A stretch of DNA of 64,000 bases from contig NIVC01000094.1 in the NCBI GenBank assembly GCA_002269645.1, positions 744,001 through 808,000 of the forward strand, read 5' to 3'. The DNA comes from Macrostomum lignano. Lineage: Eukaryota. A program made the position numbers and the translations under genes. The notes beneath the pieces are model-generated. The model had not been told where the DNA came from. It worked only from the letters and a program-made list of their open reading frames with translations, and did no database searches. This document shows positions 1 to 14,231 of this stretch, piece by piece (position 1 is the stretch's first letter; each line of letters starts with the position of its first letter).

Positions 1-225
1 TGTAGCCGGGCCACAAAAAATATAACATGATAGTCCTGGGATTTACGACCTCAATTGCCACCCTCACAGCTTGCTGCTTAAAGGGGATTTACGAGCTGAA
101 GGAATCTTGATGCTGTCAGCTAGCTAACACCTGGGATTGTTCACCCCTCAGGCACTTTGACTTGATCATCCCAGGGGGTAAAATTCTGCAGTGAAGCCGC
201 TTCGGCCCGTCACCTTCATCACACA

Positions 226-1340
226 TCTCCCGTCTCTCCTCTCTTCTCTCTCATCTCTCATCTCTCCTCTCTCCTCTCTCCTCTCTCCTCTCTCCTCTCC
301 CCTCTCCCCTCTCCTCTCTCCTCTTTTCTCTCTTCTCTCCCATCTCTCATCTCTCCTCTCTCTCTCTCATCTCTCCTCTCTCCTCTCTCCTCTCTCCTCT
401 CTCCTCTCCCCACTCCCCTCTCCTCTCTCCTCTTTTCTCTCTTCTCTCCCATCTCTCATCTCTCCTCTCTCTCTCTCCTCTCTCCTCTCTCCTCCCCTCT
501 CCTCTCTCCTCTTTTCTCTCTTCTCTCTCATATCTCATCTCTCCTCTCTCCTCTCTCCTCTCTCCTCTCCCCTCTCCCCTCTCCTCTCTCCTCTTTTCTC
601 TCTTCTCTCCCATCTCTCATCTCTCCTCTCTCCTCTCTCCTCTCTCCTCTATCCTCTTTTCTCTCTCATCTCTCATCTCTCCTCTCTCCTCTCTCCTCTC
701 TCCTCTCTCTCTCTCCCTCTCCCCTCTCCTCTCTCCTCTTTTCTCTCTTCTCTCCCATCTCTCATCTCTCCTCTCTCCTCTCTCCTCTCTCCTCTCTCCT
801 CTCTCCTCTCTCCTCTCTCTCTCTCCTCTCTCCTCTCCCCTCTCCCCTCTCCCCTCTCCTCTTTTCTCTCTCCTCTCTCCTCTCTCCTCTCTCCTCTCCC
901 CTCTCCCCTCTCCCCTCTCCTCTTTTCTCTCTCATCTCTCATCTCTCCTCTCTCCTCTCTCCTCTCTCCTCTCTCCTCTCCCCTCTCCCCTCTCCTCTCT
1001 CCTCTTTTCTCTCTTCTCTCCCATCTCTCATCTCTCCTCTCTCCTCTCTCCTCTCTCCTCTCTCCTCTCTCCTCTCTCCTCTCCCCTCTCCTCTCTCCTC
1101 TCTCCTCTTTTCTCTCTTCTCTCTCATCTCTCATCTCTCCTCTCTTCTCTCTCCTCTCTCCTCTCTCCTCTCTCCTCTCTCCTCTCTCCTCTCCCCTCTC
1201 CCCTCTCCTCTCTCCTCTTTTCTCTCTTCTCTCCCATCTCTCCTCTCTCCTCTCTCCTCTCTCCTCTCTTCTCTCTTCTCTCTCCTCTCTCTCTCTCTCC
1301 TCTCTCCTCTCTCCTCTCTCCTCTCTCCCATCTTTCGTCT
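226..1340. repeat. CT-rich (polypyrimidine) low-complexity repeat
   Basis: Degenerate CTCCTCT/CTCTC units. The S/L/P and E/R/G ORFs here are translation artefacts. Confidence 0.95.
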
Positions 1341-2334
1341 CTCCTATAGCCAATTCACATTGATTTGAAATATTTGGCACTCTTCATCAACCCATACAGA
1401 CCTCTCTCAGCCATTTTCAACTTCCCTGGAGCTTCTTCAGTACGGATCGAGTCCGAGGGTGCAACTGGGACAGCTGCCCGAAGCGAGAGACACGCAGGCC
1501 GGTCTGTTCCGACATCCCCTCGGCAAAAGAACTGCGACATCAATTTACCCTCAAGGTGGCTCGGAGCTCAGGCTTCCATTAGCCAGCAACAACCCGTTGC
1601 AGCATGTGGCGCAGTCAGGTGGAAGGCAGCTGGGCAAGGTGGTGACGCGACAATTGGGGGGGGGGTTGGTCGGCGAACCGCGGCTGCTGCTTTCAACGCG
1701 TAGAGCTGACGGATTATCCCAATCTGGGAAACAAATTGCTGGGCAAACTCTGTCGTGCCGGGGTTTTTTTCAACCAAAAAAATCTTTGCACCGCAGATGT
1801 TCCACAGAAACATTTCTGCGGGGGGGGAGCATTTTTAGGGATAAATTCCAAATGGGAAACTGGGATAAACAGGGTGCTGTTATGGAAAACTTTCCCGCCT
1901 GTTAGCTTTGGCACAATATGCAGATTAAAAAAAAATTATTGTCAATCTCACTTCATCTCTGAAGCCCCGTTGAATGCGACCAAAACCACTCCACTCCAGC
2001 AGGACAATAAAATGATTTACGATACATATCGGGAGATGCAAAACCGTCTATTGCGCAGCAATATTTTTAGGGTCAAATTGTAAACTGCTTTTAAAATCTG
2101 AATCATAAAAGCTCCTACAGGTGTACGCGCTATCTTAATTCCTTAGCAGGCAGTTTGTAGCTATAAAAATTTCTCTAATGCCTGCAGATTATCTTTAATC
2201 ATGAAAAATTTGAATATTTTCCTAGCATCCATAATTTTTGTCACAGTCCAAAAAAGATTGTTTTAGGAGATAAAACTGTCTGAAATAACCAGTCTGCTGA
2301 ACAGCCGTCCCGACTAATGCTGGATAGGAGCGAT

Positions 2335-3170
2335 AGGGGAGAGAATAGAGAACAGTGGGATAAGAGACAAGGCAGAACAGAGAAGAGAAGAGAGAACAGG
2401 GGAGAGAGGAGAGAATAGAGAATAGGGGAGAGAGGAGAGAACAGGGGAGAGAAGAGAGAACAGGGGAGAGAAGAGAGAACAGGGAGAGAAGAGAGAACAG
2501 GGAGAGAAGAGAGAACATGGGAGAGGGGAGAGAGGAGAGAACAGGGGAGAGAAGAGAGAACAGAGGAGAGAAGAGAGAACAGGGGAGAGAAGAGAGAACA
2601 GGGGAGAGAAGAGAGAACAGGGGAGAGAAGAGAGAACAGGGGAGAGAAGAGAGAACAGGGAGAGAGGAGAGAACAGGACAGAGAGGAGAGAACAGGGGAG
2701 AGAAGAGAGAACAGAGGAGAGAAGAGAGAACAGGGGAGAGAAGAGAGAACAGGGGAGAGAAGAGAGAACAGGGGAGAGAAGAGAGAACAGGGAGAGAGGA
2801 GAGAACAGGACAGAGAGGAGAGAAGAGAGAACAGAGGAGAGAAGAGAGAACAGAGGAGAGAAGAGAGAACAGAGGAGAGAAGAGAGAACAGAGGAGAGAA
2901 GAGAGAACAGAGGAGAGCAGAGAGAACAGGAGAGAGAGGAGAGAACAGGACAGAGAGGAGAGAAGAGAGAACAGAGGAGAGAAGAGAGAACAGAGGAGAG
3001 AAGAGAGAACAGGGGAGAGAAGAGAGAAAGAACAGAGGAGAGAGGAGAGCAGAGAGAACAGGGGAGAGAGGGGAGAAGAGAGAACAAAAGAGAGAACAGA
3101 GAACAGAGGAGAGAACAGAGAACAGAGGAGAGAAGAGAGAACAGGGGAGAGGGGAGAGAAGAAACAATAG
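2335..3170. repeat. GA-rich minisatellite, about 18-19 bp unit
   Basis: Tandem AGGGGAGAGAAGAGAGAAC-type units with variants. Confidence 0.95.
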
Positions 3171-3825
3171 GGGAGGTACACAAGCCTTGAGCAGGCCGGA
3201 TTCCTAGTGGGAAGTTTAAAAGGACCCCGAGGGCCAGATAGAGAGGCTTAGCGGGCCGGAGTTTGCCGACCCCGATCTGCCCTCTCTCGCTTCCCTTATC
3301 CTTCAATCACGCATCACTAACCAAACAGGGAAACCCACTTTGCACTTTTTTAAACAACAGTGCATCAGCCACAGTAGGCCTTCAGTAGACTGACAGGTCA
3401 GGAAACTCATATTTAATCTAATAAGGATGATGATGATGATGATGACTTAAGGACCCGCGCAGCGCTTGTTGTTTCAAGCGGCTACTGGGCGTGCAATCAA
3501 CACGGTCAGATTTTGTCTTAGCAATGGGGAAATTCCCCACTGCTTTGTGCCTCTCTAGAGAGACAGTCGCTCATTGGCTGGCAGCCGCTGACCAATAGCA
3601 GCCGAGCTGACCCGTCACTCTTTCAGTCCAGCCGGGCCTCCACACCAATTTGAAGCCGCTGACTGCTCCATTCTTGATCGCTGCCAACTCCCTCAATCCG
3701 GAACTGTCTCTGCTGGACTCGCTCTTGAGGCTAAACATACACAGCGAGCCAGCAATGTCCGCCTGACAGCTCGAATCTGAAACCAACTGGAGCCACGCTT
3801 AGCCAGATACCCTAACCTGCACAGC

Positions 3826-6355
3826 ATGCACCGATTGTCCACCCTCTTCTCGTTGCTTCTTCTCGTTGCCATGGCAACCAGCGCCTCCTCGGCGGCAAGC
3901 ACTGTAGATTTCAGCATCCCGGAGGAATCCCCGCCCAACACGCTGGTTGGTCGGCTGGCACCGCTCCCCGACGGCTCGGCCAGCCAGTTTGTGACCAGGG
4001 ATGAGTACTTCTCCGTGGCGCCCGACTCGGGCCAGCTCAGCGTCCGCGGCCGCATCGACCGGGACGGCGACGCCGCCAACCTCTGCAACTATCGGGCCAC
4101 CTCCGCCGCCGCGGCGGACAGCGCCGAGCCCGCCTGCGTACACGAACTGATGGTCAGCCGTAACCTGGCCGACTTCATCCCCGTCCGCATCCGCATTGCC
4201 GACATCAACGACAACAAACCCGACTGGCCCGCCGGCGCCCTGCCGTTGCGGGTCGCCTTCGCCGAAAACGCCCGAATCGGCGCCCAGCAGACTGTCAGCC
4301 CGGGGGCTGTCGACCTCGACGCCGGCGAGAACTCGGTACGCCGCTACCGCCTGGTTCCGGACTCCACCACGTTCAAACTGGAAGTCTCCGGCGGCGGCGT
4401 TGGTGCTGGGCCACCGGTGCCGCGGCTGGTGCTCAGACAGCAGCTGGACCGCGAGTCCGTGTCCGGCTACAACTTTACTCTGGTCGCCGAGGACGGCGGC
4501 GGGCTCAGTGGCAGCGCTCAGCTCCTAGTTGAAGTGTTGGACGTCAACGATGAGGCGCCGCACTTCAGGCAGGCCGAGTACAATGCCTCCGTGCCGGAGG
4601 ACGCGCCAGGCGGCCACGAGGTGCTGCGTTTGTGGGCCGACGACCGGGACGCCGGCGACAACGGCCGAGTGACGTACAGCCTGGCGCCGGAGCACCAGGT
4701 CTTGGTCGGCCCCGTCCTGAGCATCGAGCCGGACACCGGCCGCGTGCTGGTCCGCAGCCCGTCGAGCCTGGACTTCGAGTCTCGCAAGCGCTTCGAATTC
4801 GCCGTGCTGGCGCGGGACTCTGGCGCCGAGCCAAAGGAGGCCAGGGCGAACGTGGTGGTGAATGTGATCGACGTGAACGATCACCGGCCGCAGATCCAGC
4901 TGATGACGCTGCAGCCGAGCCCGACCAGCCGCGTCCCGGTGCCGGAGAACATCCGCAACGCCACGGTGGCCAGCCTGCTCGTCTCCGACCGCGACGCCGG
5001 CCAAGCTGGCGAGTTCAGCTGCAGGCTGACGGCTGCCGAAGAATTCTTCTCGCTTGCCAAGCTGAAGGCGCTGGAGGGCCAGGTGCTGTACCGGCTCGCC
5101 ACGCAGTCGCCACTCGACCGGGAGGCCGCGCCGGTGCTGCAGCCGGTAGTCTCGTGCGCCGACGATGGCCGGCCGTCGCTCACCGGCAGCCTGACGGTCA
5201 CCGTGGAGCTGCAGGATGAGAACGACAACCCGCCTGTGTTTCCCAACGGGGCAAAGCGCTTTTCGCCCAGAATTTTTGAGAACAACTCGCCCGGCGCCGA
5301 GGTGCTCGATCTGGGCGCCGAGGACCGCGACGCGCCCGAGAACGCCCGGCTTCGGTACAGCATCGACTGGCCGGTTGCCTACGCCGAGCCGTCCCCATTC
5401 GAGATCGACGCGCAGGGCATCCTGCGAGCCCGGATCCCGCTGGACCGCGAGCGCCACCCCGCCGGTTTTGCTTTCCGCGTCGTCGTCACCGACGGTCGCT
5501 TCAACGCCACCGCGGTGGTCAGCGTTCGCATTGAAGACGTCAACGACAATCCACCGGTGTTCGGCAGCAGCACGTACACCTTCCATGTCCGGGAGGACGA
5601 AAAATCGGGTGGGGTTTTCGTCGGCGAACTGAACGCCACCGACGCTGACGAGCACAGAAATGCCGAACTGAAGTTCCGCCTGCATCCGGACGACTCTGAC
5701 GCGCCGTTTCAGCTGCAGGGGAAAGGAACGCTGTTCACCTCGAGAGCCATCGACAGGGAGACGGCGGCCTCGCACACTTTCCGCGTGATCGCCGTGGACA
5801 GCGGGCAGCCCGAGATGACGGCGACAGCGACGGTCACTGTCAACGTGGACGACGTGAATGACTGCGACCCGGTGTTCGAGTACCCGCCGCCCGCCAGCGA
5901 GCGCCCGGCTGTGGTGCGGCTCTCCTACCGCGAGCTGCCCGACTTTCAGTTCGCCCAGGTGCGCGCCACCGACCGGGACACGGGCGACAACGGCCGGTTG
6001 AAATACAGCTTGCAGGAGGGCAACCTGTTCAACTGGTTCCGCATCGACCAGGACACTGGGCGGCTCTACGTGCGCCGGGCGATGAGCCGCACCGAGCTGG
6101 GGGTCGTCCGCCTGACCGTGAAGGCCTCGGACGGCGGCTCGCCGAGCCGCTCCGCCACCGGCCAGCTCAGCGTCCGGATTGAGGACTCGCCGGCCACCGG
6201 GCTGCTGAAGGATGCCTGGACAGCCGATATGGAGACCAACAAGTTAATCATCGTGTGCATCGTGGTGGCCACCGGGGTCATCTGCGCCGCGCTCATCACC
6301 GCGATCTGCCTGATGGCGCGGCGGAAGCCCTGCGCCCCGGCGCATGTCAACCACG
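3826..6355 (+). CDS. Protocadherin, exon 1: signal peptide, 7 cadherin (EC) repeats, transmembrane helix
   Basis: ATG at 3826 followed by a hydrophobic signal peptide. Six DxND linkers (DINDNKP, DVNDEAP, DVNDHRP, DENDNPP, DVNDNPP, DVNDCDP) plus a seventh EC repeat; LDRE/DxD motifs; an EC1 Cys pair; TM segment LIIVCIVVATGVICAALITAICLM. Donor CACG|GTGAGT at 6355/6356 (phase 1). Confidence 0.95.
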
Positions 6356-6364
6356 GTGAGTCTA

Positions 6365-6692
6365 GGAACTCTGGGACCTGGAACTCTGGGACCTGGAACT
6401 CTGGGACCTGGAACTCTGGGACCTGGAACTCTGGGACCTGGAACTCTGGGACCTGGAACTCTGGGACCTGGAACTCTGGGACCTGGAACTCTGGGACCTG
6501 GAACTCTGGGACCTGGAACTCTGGGACCTGGAACTCTGGGACCTGGAACTCTGGGACCTGGAACTCTGGGACCTGGAACTCTGGGACCTGGAACTCTGGG
6601 ACCTGGAACTCTGGGACCTGGAACTCTGGGACCTGGAACTCTGGGACCTGGAACTCTGGGACCTGGAACTCTGGGACCTGGAACTCTGGGAC
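6365..6692. repeat. 15-bp minisatellite (GGAACTCTGGGACCT) x about 22
   Basis: Near-perfect tandem array starting 9 nt into intron 1. It produces the spurious (NSGTW)n tail of the 986-aa ORF. Confidence 0.97.
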
Positions 6693-7467
6693 ATCTAGAA
6701 ATTTCTTGTTATCTCGAACTCTTGCAGAAGTTTATTTGCTGATTAGATTCCGCCATCAGGGTGTCCGCAGGGTTCCAGAGCATTAACTAGAGTCCCAGAG
6801 AACTTTCATCAGCTGAGAGTCAGCAAGAAGTGTTGATTTCATCTTCTCAACTGAAGGCAAACTGGGGAGTGTCGGAGAGCAGAGGCTGTTGCTGGGTCAA
6901 ATCAGCTGCTCAGTTTTGGAAAGCAATAAACTCAATGGAAGTTTGCTCCCCCCCCCCCCTAGTCCAGAAATCTTCCCTCTGATTCAATCTGGCCTCCGAT
7001 CCCAAGCACGGGACTTCTGCTTCTAGGAAAGTTTCTTTAGTTGCAAAATTGTTATTCGAAAAACTGTTTGCTGAAATTTTGTTCCGGACTGAGCAGATCC
7101 GGACGGTCGTTGGGGACCCAAGGCGCTGTGAGAAGCGTTCTCTGCCCTCCCTGCCCCCTCTCTCCCCGCCTCTCTTCTTCAAGGGTCCGAGAGCGTGCTG
7201 GATAGACAAATTTCCAGATCAGCTTTGCCGGTGAAATTGTTTGAATTAAAGATCCCTGTCTCCCTGATAATTAAAAACCGAAGGGTATTAAAAATTCTAA
7301 TTCCGAGCGGCTTGTAACAGGCAGCTTTCATAATTGAGGCGAGTCTCTACGTAAAGAGCTTAAGCATAGATAATTTGAATTCAGACTCATGGAACAGGTT
7401 ACTTACAGGCAGGCAGGTCTTGAACAAACTTTGAGGTTCAACAATATATGCAGCGGTGTGTGAGGTC

Positions 7468-8290
7468 CGTGCATAGATGTTCGTGGGCCATGCATAGATA
7501 GATATTGGGGGTCCATGCATAGATATTGGGGGGGGGGTCATGCATAGATAGATATTGGGGGTCCATGCATAGATGTTGGAGGTCCATGCATAGATGTTGG
7601 GGGGTCATGCATAGATGTTGGGGGTCCATGCATAGATGTTGGGGGGTCATGCATAGATATTGGGGGGCCATACATAGATATTGAGGGGCCATGCATAGAT
7701 ATTGGGGTCATACATAAATATTGGGGTCATGCATAGATATTGGGGGGCCATGCATAGATATTGGGGGTCATGCATAGATATTGGGGGGCCATGCATAGAT
7801 ATTGGGGGTCATGCATAGATATTGGCGGTCATGCATAGATATTGGAGGTCATGCATAGATATTTGCATAGATATTGGGGGTCATGCATGGATATTAGGGG
7901 CCATGCATAGATATTTGGGGGCCATACATAGATATTGGGGTCATGCATAGATATTGGGGGGCCATGCATAGATATTGGGGGCCATGCATAGATATTGGGG
8001 GGCCATGCATAGATATTGGGGGCCATGCATAGATATTGGGGGCCATGCATAGATGTTCGTGGGCCATGCATAGATATTGGGGGGCCATACATAGATATTG
8101 AGGGGCCATGCATAGATATTGGAGTCATACATAAATATTGGGGTCATGCATAGATATTGGGGGGCCATGCATAGATATTGGGGGTCATGCATAGATATTG
8201 GGGGGCCATGCATAGATATTGGGGGTCATGCATAGATATTGGCGGTCATGCATAGATATTGGAGGTCATGCATAGATATTGGGGGTCATG
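7468..8290. repeat. About 18-21-bp minisatellite (CATGCATAGATATTGGGGG core)
   Basis: Tandem units with variable G-runs. Confidence 0.95.
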
Positions 8291-8336
8291 CACAGACTGA
8301 AGATGGCTGTCCATTGGCCATTCGTACACGTGAAAA

Positions 8337-8472
8337 GTGAGTCATAGAGATGTGGGTCATAGAGATGTAAGTCATAGAGAAGTGAGTCATAGAGATGTGA
8401 GTCATAGAGATGTAAGTCATAGAGAAGTGAGTCATAGAGATGTAAGTCATAGAGAAGTGAGTCATAGAGAAG
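8337..8472. repeat. 15-bp tandem repeat (GTCATAGAGA[T/A]GT[G/A]A)
   Basis: About nine tandem units. Confidence 0.9.
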
Positions 8473-10954
8473 CGACCCGTTATGAATGTCGCCGTAACGG
8501 AACTAAGGGGAATCTGGGTTCTCTGGATCACTGCAATCCCTAGTTCCATATTCCCCCATCTAAATCCCATAAACGCTATGGAATCGGTTTTGAATTGAAC
8601 CGGGTGGGGGGCAAGATTTCCCTAATCCCAAAACTCCCAGCTGGCCTGAGGATCGCCAATATATTTTTCTAGCCGACTGCTCGAAATGCAAATTTTTTGG
8701 GAATTCAGTTGATTTTTTCACCTCAAAAACGGGAGCTTTCTAAGAATATACGAGCTAAGGGAGGAGGAACATCCCTTATCCCAAAAAATCCCACCACCTA
8801 CACCAGCTATCCTGGTCAGGAATGGGGATTTATAAATCCATCCAGCGCCTCAGAAGGGGATCCGAGTTGGCTCTGGGCTCTGCCCCCCCCCCCTGGCCTC
8901 TTCTTCCCGTGGTATTTGCATTTTATTGCATTTCCAGCCCACTTTCTGGCTCCTCTGGCGCCCCCGCATTAGCAGTCCGGCCTGACCTCAGCCCCCGGCC
9001 ACTCCTTTTTCGCTCCATCACCTCGCGGAGGCTGCAATGCGGCGGACAGACAGACAGACAGAGCTGGGGGGAGCGCAGATTGCACTGTCCAGCCGCTGGG
9101 ATAATGCCCACCCCCTGTTACTAAGGCCTACTGCATGGGATCTTGTCGGTTCATTCACTCCTTCCCATAGGTGTCCCCCGATACCCGATCCGCATTGGAA
9201 CCCCCCCCCCAGAATGACAGGAATATGACAGGAATTCTCCCACGGAACATCTGTTTGAAAACGAAACAGGTTTTAAAATAGTTACTGAAGTATTACGTCG
9301 TATCTCTATAGTGAATTCGCACTAATTAGCCTTCTAAATTCGGCTGCCGAGCTCTCGGGCTGCACGGAGTTCGATAATAAAAGTTCATCTTATCACTGGA
9401 ACGGGCAGAGGCGGAGGTGCGAAGTTGGCGAATATCCGCCTGCGAGCTGCTTATTGATTTCCTTCTCTGTGTGACAGGGGCCGAGCGCAGCGGATTATTG
9501 ACTGGCTAAGCCGAGTAGAGAGTAGCTCACTCGCTTGCGCTCGAGCAGCGATAGAGATGGAGACAGACAGAGAGAAAGAAAGAGAGAGTGTGTGTGTGAG
9601 ACGGAGAGGGTGAAAGGGGTCCTTTGACCTCGGGGGCATGCAGTGACTCACGGCAGCAGTGGTTGAGTCCTCGGTCTGCCCCCCCCCCCCCTTCATAGTC
9701 CCCTCGGCCCGGGGAGGGCAGAGGCGGCAGGGGTGCCCGCTAATGAAATGAAGGGCCCCGATAAACACAGAGGCCGCAGAAGATAGATCAGAGAGTATCT
9801 GGGCTCCGGGCCTGGGTAGCAAGGCGCACGATGAAGATAAATAATTAACTTTTGCTCCTCTGCGGCCAGCTCCCCGGCAGGCTCTGCCCGGCACAGAAAA
9901 GTAAACTATTTGTCCACTTCCGATCCCGATCGGTCCGCTTAACGCTTTTAGAGACCTCCTTTAGATTTTGTCGGCTAGTGATGTCGGATAAGTGAGGCTG
10001 GGCAGGGAGAACCCCTGTTGGCATGGCCAACTTATCTGATAGTTAAAACTCGCTGCAGGCTTAACAGGCGTCTCACGCTGCTTTTATCCTCTCGCTTTCC
10101 TCATCACTTTCTTCGCCCCAGACTCCACTCTCCATCACAGAGGGGGAGGGCGCGGAACTCAGCGAGTTCAGCACACGAGGCTGAGGACAAACACAAAATT
10201 GATTTCTCAGTCGCTCTCGGTTACACGGGGCCGGCTTTCATCTGTTGATTGGGGAGGCCAAATGATTTATTACTCTCTACTTGCCGACAGCCCCCCCCCC
10301 CCAGCGACTCTTCGCTTCCAATTTTCTTCTCGGAAATCAATTGAAAGATTGCTCAGGAATTCTTCTCAAAGTTCTCAAACGCCTGCTTCATCTCGTTTAG
10401 AAGGCCGTGTTTATACTGCTTGAACAAAGGCTTTGCTCTCAGACAATCAATGCTTGGCTTGTCAACGGCGGCCGGCAGTGCAGCAAAAAGGGCGCCCGCC
10501 TCCCCCCCCCCCTTATTAAAATCCAAGCAGGCAGAGCACACAGAGGGCGGTCGGCCATATTTTGTCAGAAGTCTAATCAAACAGCCGGGGAAACTAGGGT
10601 GGTCGGGGCTTGCGGCTCCCCAAAGAATCCCGACTGAAAATGGGAGTCAGAGAGACGCCCAGAGTAAAAAATGAGGGGATTTTTGGACTTTGATTTACCG
10701 TTAATAAGCATCTCAGAGCCCGGCTGGGAGGGGGGGGGGGCAGAGTGAGGGGAAGAGATGAAGCAAACGGAGGAGATGCGAACTTCAAAGGCTCAACCCG
10801 CCTAAGAAGGAACTGTGGGCGCTTGAGTCCGCCGACTCAGCCAGTACCTGCGGCAACGCGCGAACTCACGAGCGATGTACTCAAGAGGAACTTGGTGGAT
10901 AAAGTTCACTTTTAAAAAAGCTGGTCTAAACTGCGTGGCCTCTCAAAAACTACA

Positions 10955-12632
10955 CATGGAACCCCCTCAGATCTTTGGAAGCCTCATTGGATCTCTGGAA
11001 ATCCCATCAGATCTCTGGAAACCCCATCAGATCTCTGAAAGCCAGACTAGATCTCTGGAAACCCCATCAGATCTCTGAAAACCCCATCAGTTCCCTGGAA
11101 ACCCATCAGATCTCTGGAAATCCCATCAGATCTCTGGAAACCCCATCAGATCTCTGGAAACCCTATCAGATCTCCGAAAGCCAGATCAGATCTCTGGAAA
11201 CCCCATCAGATCTCTGGAAACCCATCAGATCTCTGGAAACCCCATCAGGTCTCTGGAAACCCCATCAGATCTCTGGAAACCCATCAGATCTCTGGAAACC
11301 CATCAGGTCTCTGGAAACCCCATCAGATCTCTGGAAACCCCATCAGTTCCCTGGAAACCCATCAGATCTCTGGAAACCCCATCAGATCTCTGGAAACCCA
11401 TCAGATCTCTGGAAACCCTATCAGATCTCCGAAAGCCAGATCAGATCTCTGGAAACCCCATCAGATCTCTGGAAACCCATCAGATCTCTGGAAACCCCAT
11501 CAGGTCTCTGGAAACCCCATCAGATCTCTGGAAACCCATCAGATCTCTGGAAACCCATCAGGTCTCTGGAAACCCCATCAGATCTCTGGAAACCCCATCA
11601 GGTCTCTGGAAACGCCTTCAGATCTCTGGAAACCCCATCAGATCTCTGGAAACCCATCAGATCTCTGAAAACCCCATCAGGTCTCTGGAAACCCATCAGA
11701 TCTCTGGAAACCCCATCAGGTCTCTGGAAACCCCATCAGATCTCTGGAAACCCCATCAGATTTCTGGAAACCCATCAGATCTCTGGAAACCCATCAGATC
11801 TCTGAAAGCCAGATCAGATCTCTGGAAACCCCATCAGATCTCTGGAAACCCATCAGATCTCTGGAAACCCATCAGGTCTCTGGAAACCCCATCAGATCTC
11901 TGGAAACCCATCAGATCTCTGGAAACCCATCAGGTCTCTGGAAACCCCATCAGATCTCTGGAAACCCATCAGATCTCTGGAAACCCATCAGATCTCTGGA
12001 AACCCCATCAGATCTCTGGAAACCCATCAGATCTGTGGAAACCCCATCAGGTCTCCGAAAGCCAGATCAGATCTCTGGAAACCCCATCAGGTCTCTGGAA
12101 ACCCCATCAGATCTCTGGAAACCCATCAGATCTCTGGAAACCCCATCAGGTCTCTGAAAACCCCATCAGATCTCTGGAAACCCCGTCAGATCTCCGAAAG
12201 CCAGATCAGATCTCTGGAAACCCCATCATATCTCTGGAAACCCATTAGATCTCCGAAAGCCAGATCAGATCTCTGGAAACCCCATCAGGTCTCTGGAAAC
12301 CCCATCAGGTCTCTGGAAACCCATCAGATCTCTGGAAACCCCATCAGGTCTCTGAAAACCCCATCAGATCTCTGGAAACCCCATCAGATCTCCGAAAGCC
12401 AGATCAGATCTCTGGAAACCCCATCATATCTCTGGAAACCCATTAGATCTCCGAAAGCCAGATCAGATCTCTGGAAACCCCATCAGGTCTCTGGAAACCC
12501 CATCAGGTCTCTGGAAACCCATCAGGTCTCTGGAAACCCATCAGATCTCTGGAAACCCATCAGATCTCTGGAAACCCCATCGGATCTCTGGAAACCCATC
12601 AGATCTCTGGAAACCCCATCAGATCTCTGGAA
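10955..12632. repeat. 19-20-bp minisatellite (TCAGATCTCTGGAAACCCCA)
   Basis: Long tandem array with recurring variant units (CTCCGAAAGCCAGA; CAGGTCTC), which give it higher-order structure. Confidence 0.97.
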
Positions 12633-13584
12633 GCTGTGAGTCCGAAGGCTGGCCACGCGAGTCCCGCAGTTCGCTAATAAATGCAAGAACTGAGCAGCCC
12701 GGGAAATGACAAATTAGGCGCCCCGTGACGGCAGAGACTAAATGAACCTCGCAGAGCTCCGTCTCTGCATCTCCTCCTCGCCCCATCCGCAGCCTCCCGA
12801 AATTCCTTCGTCTGCGATCGCCAGAGGCCGAATACTTTTATCCCTATGGGACATGATCTCCAGCCTCTTCCATTCCACATCACTCCGCCGCCGGCCTTCT
12901 ACTTTTCCTCTAACTCCTTCACAGACCTAACGAGGCCCCTCCCCGTCACGGTTCCAGGCCTCAGGCCGGAAGCGGCTCAGGGACCCCCCGACCCTCTTCA
13001 CGCGTCCGCGGCCCCTCAAACTTTCCGTCTCCTAATTAATATTAATCATTTAGAGAAGGTCGTGGATAAAATTTTCAACTCCTCATTCCCCATTTTTCCC
13101 GTCCTTTCCGCACCTCCCGCAGTTCACCAGCTCCCTCCATCCTCCCACGCCAATCGCTTCTCATCATCGTTCTCCGAGACGGCTCACTTTTTTCCCCTGA
13201 TCAGCCGCTTGGTGAGCCAGCCTGATTTTCTCCCGGCGCCATGCGGCCGCACGATTCATCCTCCCCCCCCCCCAGCGAGGCTCCGGCGGGGGGATCAGGA
13301 CTCGGAGGTTGTTCAAGACGCCGATTCGAAGCTTGCCCGATTCCTTAATTGACTGCCGGAATTTTTCAACAACGTGCCGGAGAGACAGAGAGGCAAATGG
13401 CTGAGAAACTGGGAAGGGGGTGAGAGCTGGATAGAGGCACCTCGGAATTCCCTACAGGAAGACATTCGGATGCTGTGCTGCCAAAGGCGTGACAAGTGTG
13501 CGAATCTTTTTTAAACAGCCTCTTAAACATATTGGCATCACAGTGCTCTTCACGAAGCCATTTATGCAGATTTTAGTAGGCAAT

Positions 13585-13743
<159 letters not shown>

Positions 13744-14231
13744 GGCACGCTACTCAGAACCGCAGCTGACTCAGCTACGCGGTCATAGTGTGGCAACGAT
13801 GGCAATTGGCATAAAAACTGCTGCATCGCCCCGAGGCTCAACCTGGAGAGCTGCAGACGTCAGTGCGGATAAATTTATGCTAATCCGGGGTGCGCCCGGC
13901 CCGTCATGATCTCCCCGTCCCGACAGACACCTCGCACCTACCGCCCGAAGCCACGAAATTCATCGCATGCCGGCTAGCCGGCTGCAGCCGCCGCTTCCCT
14001 CATTTAGACATTTCTTTCCTTCATCAAGTCCGGCCTTGAAAGTGTGATTCCATTTGCCACGGGCCTGCATGGTCAGCCTGGCCAGGCAAATGGGAAAATA
14101 GGATTGCAGAGACTGTCTGTCTGTCCACAGCCCTCTCGATTTCTCATTCTCAATGCCATTGCAGCTGCTGCAAGTGTCGCTAACTTTATTCATTATTGCT
14201 GAGCCCCCTCACGCCACCTCGCTTCTCACAG

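Noticed and set aside
1365-1905. Possible exon of an upstream gene
   Set aside because: No recognisable homology or convincing splice pair.
191-3306. Long S/L/P- and E/R/G-rich ORFs
   Set aside because: These are translations of CT/GA low-complexity DNA.
4196-5775. Antisense and alternate-frame ORFs over the protocadherin (also over DEG/ENaC and 36939-37871)
   Set aside because: Shadow ORFs of GC-rich coding sequence.
6356-6786. (NSGTW)n C-terminal tail of the 986-aa ORF
   Set aside because: It is read-through into an intronic 15-bp minisatellite past a canonical GTGAGT donor.
14165-14231. Alternative acceptors for protocadherin exon 2 (14165, 14175, 14204)
   Set aside because: Weaker context (GAG/AAG, or retention of the branch-like CTAAC). 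Position 14232 has the best tract and the matching phase.
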